Shown piece by piece: positions 16,071 through 21,069 of a stretch of 21,069 bases of DNA. The stretch spans positions 1 through 21,069 of the forward strand of contig JBCCQY010000169.1 of assembly GCA_039208735.1 (NCBI GenBank), written 5' to 3'. Origin of the DNA: Myxococcota bacterium (GTDB lineage: Bacteria > Myxococcota_A > UBA796 > GCA-2862545). The position numbers and the translations under genes are program-made. The notes under the pieces were generated by a model. It ran no database searches. It worked only from the letters and a program-made list of their open reading frames with translations, and was not told where the DNA came from. Within the stretch, counting starts at the first letter, position 1; each line of letters opens with the position of its first letter.

Positions 16071-17159
16071 TCAGCAAGCCGGGACGTCCTGCGACACGGT
16101 TGTGGCAAGCGCAAACAGCTCGGCAAGGGAGGCCTTCTCAATGCGCCGCGCCGAACGAAGGCCCTCAAGCCACGTGGGCTTCGCCTGAATGGCATTGGCA
16201 AGAGGCCCGCGGAGGGCCAACCCTGTCTTCGTGTCGAGATCGAGTTTAAGGAGCGCCAAGAAGACGAGCAACGCCACCAGGGGGTCAAGGTACCTCCCAG
16301 GTTGTGCGTCGGCGCAGAGCCATTGCTGGACCCTTGCTGCGTCCGTGGTCATTTGGGCGGCGCGGAACATCGCGTGCCCCAGGCGTCCCATGGCCTCCAA
16401 CTTCCGAACTGGCCGGCAGAACGTCCCCAATACCGGGGCGCGGCCGAGGTACAACGGGGTGAGTGCCAGCCGATGGTCGATGCCCGGAGCCCGACCGACT
16501 CCGCAGACGAACAGCGTCACAGAACCCCGCCCCACCCGTCCCGCCTCCCCAACGAACCACTCCCAGAGCGTGGGGAACGAACCGAGTTCAGGCTGTCGAG
16601 CCACCGCGTGCCGCCACACTTGCGCATTGGGGAGCACCACCACCACATCTCGTCCGGTTGCGGCGGCGCGTAGTCCAAGCGAGACAGCCGCGAACGGGGT
16701 GAGCGCCGCCGCGCCATCCGTCTCTCCCCACACCACCACCCACTCCGGTGAGACGCGATGCCACACCGCGTGGCGATGGCCCGCGACGATGATGGTTCGA
16801 CCCATGGACCGCTGCCGCTCGGCGAGATCCGTCCAGGGCGCATCCACCGCGTACACCCGTCCCTTGCGGAGCTGCATTTGCAGATCTGGCCAGAGCATGC
16901 CGAGCAGGAGCCTCGGGTTTTCGGGCCCTTCGTCATCACGAACCACGGATCGACGGGGAGGCCATACCCCCACCCGTTCCTCTCCAGGGCCCGCGATCTG
17001 GACCACCCCTTGAAACGGTTCGGGCATGGGCACGCTAAGCGTGGCGGAATGGGGACCTGGTGGGGCGCCGAGGTCAACGGTGCGGGGTCCGTTCGGCGTC
17101 AGTCCCACCACCCAATGCTGCCGTCCGTCGCCCGTGGCGATCACGTCTCCTTGTTGCAT
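16071..17159 (-). CDS. Hypothetical protein resembling a degenerate F1-ATPase alpha/FliI-type subunit lacking Walker A
   Basis: Strong SD AAGGAGG before ATG 17159. Colinear segments [27 protein letters not shown]...[19 protein letters not shown] and RVQQWL...[16 protein letters not shown]. Confidence 0.6.
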   Translation of the reverse strand: [362 protein letters not shown]

Positions 17160-17185
17160 CGACCCTCCTTTGTGGCGGATCTTGC

Positions 17186-18620
17186 TCAATACAGGTAGCG
17201 ATCCGGCGGGGCGCAGCTCGGCGCGGGCGCCTCGACCAACGTAGCAAGGTCGGAAAGGAGCTGAGCCTCGACCTCCAAACCTGGGTCCTCGAGCTGCATC
17301 GCCGCCGTCGAGGCCCGCGTCTGCGCCGCTCCTACGACCGTGAGGGCTTCCTCGGCCGACTGGCCCCCCTCACACATGGCGGCCGCTGCATCGAGGGCGA
17401 GGATTTCGTCACGGAGGATGGCCATCTTGAAGACCCCAAGGTCGTCCGCCATCACGCCGTCGATCTGGTGCGCGGTACCGAGCTGGTACTCAAGCGGAGC
17501 GCGGTCTTCGATTCGCTTATTGCCTGGCGTCGTATAGGCAAGCCGAAGCACCGCGGCCTCCGAAATCCGCTCCTCTCCAAAGGCCAGAGGCTCGAGAGGT
17601 TCAAAGAGTGCACCAATCCCACCGTTGTTGCGGGAAGCGAACAGCGCACTCGCCCCCAAGGAAATGCGATCTCCGTCGAGGGGCACGGCGAAGGGCTCGA
17701 TGAGGGTCCAGTCCGAGGCAGCCTCAGCGTCAGCGACGAAGTCGTACGCGAGAGGGGTCGTAATGAGGGAGAAGTCCCGACCGAACACCCGATCGACGTC
17801 CTCCTCGTCGAAGAGGGTGAAGGCATGGCCACCGCGCACCTTCGCGATGGCATCGAGGAGTTCGGAGCCCATGTCCGCTTCCCACCCCTACCACCGTGAT
17901 GCCGTGGCCGACCTCTGCGCCCTGACGGGCGAGGCCAAGAAAGGACTCTCGCGAAGTTTCTCCGGTGTTGGGTTGAACGTCGGTCATCAAGAATACGCGG
18001 CCGGGGTTCGCAGCCCGATCGAGCAAGCCGTAGGCCTTCCGCATGCCCGACTCCATGTCGGTGCTACCACCCGTATCCAAACCACGGAGAATCCTCAGGG
18101 CATCATCACGACCGCGCCGATCCATTGCTTTGAGGCGCATCCGGGTCTTGGCAGAAGAACCATACGTGACGATGCCCAGCTCGTCGAGCTCATCAAGCTG
18201 GGGCACCATCGCTTCGGCGGCAGCAACGACCCGTGCGAGGCGCCCTCCCATCGACCCACTGATGTCGATGGTGAACACAAACGACAGAGGCGGCCGCTCG
18301 ATGTCCGTAAGGGCGGTCGTAAACCCGATGTGCGCCAGTAAGGCTGGCTCCGATCCGTCGACCGGACGAACGAACGCGGCTCGAACTTCAGGACAGAGGG
18401 TTTGTGCGCAGGATGTCCCAGTAAACGGCAAATCGTGTTCCGAAAGAAGACCCTCGGCAGCATAGTGCTCGGTGCTGGGGATTTCCCCCGCTCGAATCAG
18501 TTCTGGAACAAGGTTGGCGTCCTGCAGCCCGCCTGGATTCACGCCGAGCGAGCCCGAATAGAGAACCGAGCTTTAGCAACCCACCAAGCTTAAGGCCCAC
18601 AAGACGAGATTTGGTGCCAT
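17186..18620 (-). pseudogene. VWA-domain (YfbK-like) lipoprotein with in-frame stop and frameshift
   Basis: Reads MAPNLVLWALSLVGC*SSVL... with TAA at 18575-18573. MIDAS DISGSM, GGSTD and MTDVQPN are present. A +1 frameshift near 17879-17880 joins VGVG to ADMGSELL. Confidence 0.85.
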
Positions 18621-18695
18621 GGCATGCTCCTCGCACCATCATGGCCTACCGCGGATGAGGTCGCGCCTTCTTTCAAGATTGTGAATGCGGTTTCG

Positions 18696-19469
18696 CTAGG
18701 GTGTTGTGGAAGCCGAGGCCGTCGCCTGTTGCCAGTTCTGCACAGGATGCAACTGCCCGCGGATATCGCCATAAAACGTCTGACTCGCCGTGTGGATGTT
18801 GTAGTAGAGCTGTCCTTCCCCCGCGACAACCGCCATGCCAGCAATCGTGCGAACGCGATCGTTGGGGATGGCCCAGTTGATCGGACAGCCGCCCGTGAAC
18901 GCCCCTACGACCCCCGAACTGTCTTCGATGACGCGCTCGAGGTCTCGGTTCGTGATCTCGTAGCTTAGAACGCCATCGGCAAAATACTCGCTGACGTCAC
19001 CGGTCTTGCCGAAGTCCACGATGATGGGGCCGAGCATCCCTGGCTTTCCACAGTGGATGTGTGCCATCACGATTTCTTTGGGATCGATGTCCGTCACCGC
19101 GAGGTGGGCGTAGGCTCGCGAGAAGTCCTTGGTGAAGGCGACCGTGCCATGACCTCGTCCAGGACGTTCTTCGCGAGGTGTAGGAGGTTTAGTCGACTTA
19201 AAGACACTCGGTGCGGCGGCCGGCGTGTCCGACTCTTCATCGGCTTCCTGCTGGGGACTAAGGTACGCCTCAAAGACAAGTCCAATCTGGGTTCCGGCTT
19301 TGGGGTTCAGCGGGTAGTCGATCAGGGGTGCAACCTCGGCCCGAGGCTCAACGACCGCCCCATGGGCGTGACCATGGGCTTCATCGGGGTTGGCATCGGC
19401 CGGCGAAGCGGCACATCCCGTGACGAGTCCAAGGCAAACAGCAACGATCAAAGGCAGCGTTCGGCTCAC
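18696..19469 (-). CDS. CHRD-domain lipoprotein with His-rich N-terminal patch
   Basis: SD GGAGGT before GTG 19469; VTGC lipobox; HGHAHG; CHRD motifs LSPQQE, AHIHCG..G..GPI, YYNIHT and GDIRGQL. Confidence 0.85.
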   Translation of the reverse strand: MSRTLPLIVAVCLGLVTGCAASPADANPDEAHGHAHGAVVEPRAEVAPLIDYPLNPKAGTQIGLVFEAYLSPQQEADEESDTPAAAPSVFKSTKPPTPREERPGRGHGTVAFTKDFSRAYAHLAVTDIDPKEIVMAHIHCGKPGMLGPIIVDFGKTGDVSEYFADGVLSYEITNRDLERVIEDSSGVVGAFTGGCPINWAIPNDRVRTIAGMAVVAGEGQLYYNIHTASQTFYGDIRGQLHPVQNWQQATASASTTP

Positions 19470-19526
19470 GTAGACCTCCGAGGTCTCAAAAGGGGGTTCG
19501 CAGGGCACGCCTCCTGCATACCCAGT

Positions 19527-19562
19527 AATGACAACTACGTCAATATTGATATAATCGTCATT
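19527..19562. promoter_or_regulatory. AT-rich 36-bp imperfect palindrome (two TGAY-N6-GTCA units) upstream of the CHRD gene
   Basis: AATGACAACTACGTCAAT|ATTGATATAATCGTCATT, with 14 of 18 positions paired across the centre. Confidence 0.6.
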
Positions 19563-19892
19563 TATAGAGCCGCATGCCGCCGCTCCCTTGGGGTTTTGCT
19601 CGAGAGGGACTACGAGACCGTTGGACCTAAGAACCCCAACAGCAATGTCGACGCGACGCTGCGCAGCTGCTCCGGACGCCCTCTCGAATGGCGAAAGACT
19701 CGGTCGCAAGGTGTGGCTTCGTCGAGGAGTTCCCGTGATACGGCGCGCCTTCCCTCCGACCAAGTCCACGCCGGTAGGCAACCTTCGCTCGCACTCAGCC
19801 CAGCCACTCGACGTTCCTGATTGAACGCTCCGGATCAGAGCCTCCCGTTCAGATTTCCGCCCCGTCGAGGAGTAGCAAGGTACTTCGCGGGC

Positions 19893-20927
19893 ATGTCCTC
19901 TCCAGAGATTCCCGCCGCCGATTATGCAGCGTTGCTCAACGTGCTCAAGCAGCGAGTTCGCCAAGCGCAGATCAAGGCCGTGCTGTCGGCGAATCGAGAG
20001 CTTGTGCTGCTTTACTGGACCATTGGCCGCGAGATTGTGGCTCGGCAGGAGACGCAAGGCTGGGGAGCCAAGGTCATCGATCGGCTTTCCGGCGATCTGC
20101 GAAAGGCGTTTCCCGAGATGAAGGGATTTTCCACCCGAAATCTCAAGTACATGCGAAAACTCGCGATGGCGTGGCCCGAGGAGGACTTTGTGCAACAGGC
20201 CGTTGCACAACTTCCGTGGGGACACAACGTCCGCCTCCTTGAAAAGGTCAAAGAGCCCACAGTCCGCAAGTTCTACGTCGAGCAAACTGCCCTGAACGGA
20301 TGGTCTCGAGACATGCTTGTCCTGAACATTGAACGGCGACTCCACGAGCGCCAGGGCGTCGCTCCCAACAACTTCCAGGCGACCTTGCCACCCGCTCAGT
20401 CCGATCTGGCCGAGCACATCATCAAAGATCCCTATGTCTTTGACTTTCTCACCCTGGCTGACGATGCCAGAGAGCGCGATCTAGAGTCCGGGCTCGTCGC
20501 CCACATCCGAGATTTTCTCATCGAACTGGGCCTCGGTTTCGCCTTCGTAGGACGTCAGATCCATCTCGATGTCGGTGGCGAAGATTTCTACCTCGACCTG
20601 CTCTTCTACCATTTGCACCTGCGCTGCTTCGTGGTGGTCGAGTTGAAGGTCGGAGAATTCACTCCAGAACATGTTGGAAAGCTGAACTTCTATCTGTCTG
20701 CCGTCGACGACCTCATGCGGCACGAAACGGACCAGCCCACCATCGGGCTTCTGCTCTGCAAGTCGCGAAGCGACGTTGTGGTGGAGTACGCCCTCCGCGA
20801 TCTGATGAAGCCCATCAGCATCGCCAATTGGGAGACGAGGCTTATGGAGTCTCTCCCTGCCGAGCTGGAGGGCCGACTCCCCACCATCGAACAACTCGAA
20901 GCAGAACTTCGAGAGACCGAGGAGTGA
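19893..20927 (+). CDS. yhcG: YhcG/DUF1016-family PD-(D/E)XK nuclease
   Basis: Motifs VLLYWTIG, WGAKVI, GFSTRNLKYM, LPWGH, KDPYVFDFL, ELGLGFAFVGRQ, DLLFYH..LRC..VVELK and GKLNFY. Confidence 0.92.
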   Translation: MSSPEIPAADYAALLNVLKQRVRQAQIKAVLSANRELVLLYWTIGREIVARQETQGWGAKVIDRLSGDLRKAFPEMKGFSTRNLKYMRKLAMAWPEEDFVQQAVAQLPWGHNVRLLEKVKEPTVRKFYVEQTALNGWSRDMLVLNIERRLHERQGVAPNNFQATLPPAQSDLAEHIIKDPYVFDFLTLADDARERDLESGLVAHIRDFLIELGLGFAFVGRQIHLDVGGEDFYLDLLFYHLHLRCFVVVELKVGEFTPEHVGKLNFYLSAVDDLMRHETDQPTIGLLLCKSRSDVVVEYALRDLMKPISIANWETRLMESLPAELEGRLPTIEQLEAELRETEE

Positions 20928-21069
20928 CCAGCTTGCAGGAGCGAAGCGACGAAAGCTGGCTGCGTAGGCCTGCAGGCGTGGCGCCGAAGGCCAGCAGGAA
21001 CCAGCTTGCAGGAGCGGAGCGACGAAAGCTGGCTGCGTAGGCCTGCAGATGTAGCGCCGAAGGCCAGCA
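20928..21069. repeat. 73-bp tandem repeat with internal hairpins (REP/BIME-like); second copy cut by the window end
   Basis: Copies start at 20928 and 21001 and differ at 4 positions. Stems CCAGCTT/AAGCTGG and GGCCT/AGGCC. Confidence 0.85.

Noticed and set aside
19563..19892. Possible gene remnant or ncRNA in the CHRD-yhcG intergenic region
   Set aside because: No recognisable protein motif, RNA family or convincing structure by eye.
20191..20207. TGCAAC...GTTGCA as a fourth Zur-like box
   Set aside because: The spacer is 5 nt rather than 3 and it lies mid-gene; it is treated separately as an in-gene palindrome.
19470..20417. 573-aa ORF suggesting a large CHRD fusion protein
   Set aside because: The upstream part is antisense to yhcG and crosses a promoter. 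A signal peptide and SD define the start at 19469.
20928..21069. CRISPR array
   Set aside because: The units are near-identical over their whole length, with no unique spacers and no cas genes in the window.

Overview
GC-rich bacterial chromosomal window. A Myxococcota/deltaproteobacterial-like host is inferred from the TonB_C-TBDR fusion and the many lipoproteins; this is not proven. The left half looks like a metal (probably zinc) starvation island: the 3' end of a PhoX-like gene, a tldD-tldE pair whose TldD carries a Tat/lipoprotein signal, a divergent COG0523/CobW GTPase with a His-rich tract and an unknown C-terminal domain, a ZIP-like+DUF318 fusion permease, and a TonB-dependent receptor with an acidic lipoprotein partner. 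Three promoter regions share a GCAAY-N3-RTTGC palindrome (356-376, 5413-5431, 7364-7386), suggesting one Fur/Zur-family regulon. The right half holds envelope genes (two beta-barrel + hydrolase-lipoprotein pairs, S41 peptidase and GH5), a GNAT remnant, a degenerate F1-ATPase alpha-like protein without a Walker A motif, a doubly broken VWA lipoprotein gene, a CHRD lipoprotein preceded by a 36-bp double palindrome, a YhcG/DUF1016 nuclease with an in-gene palindrome, and a 73-bp structured tandem repeat that runs off the window end. All family calls come from motif recognition by eye; no searches were run.
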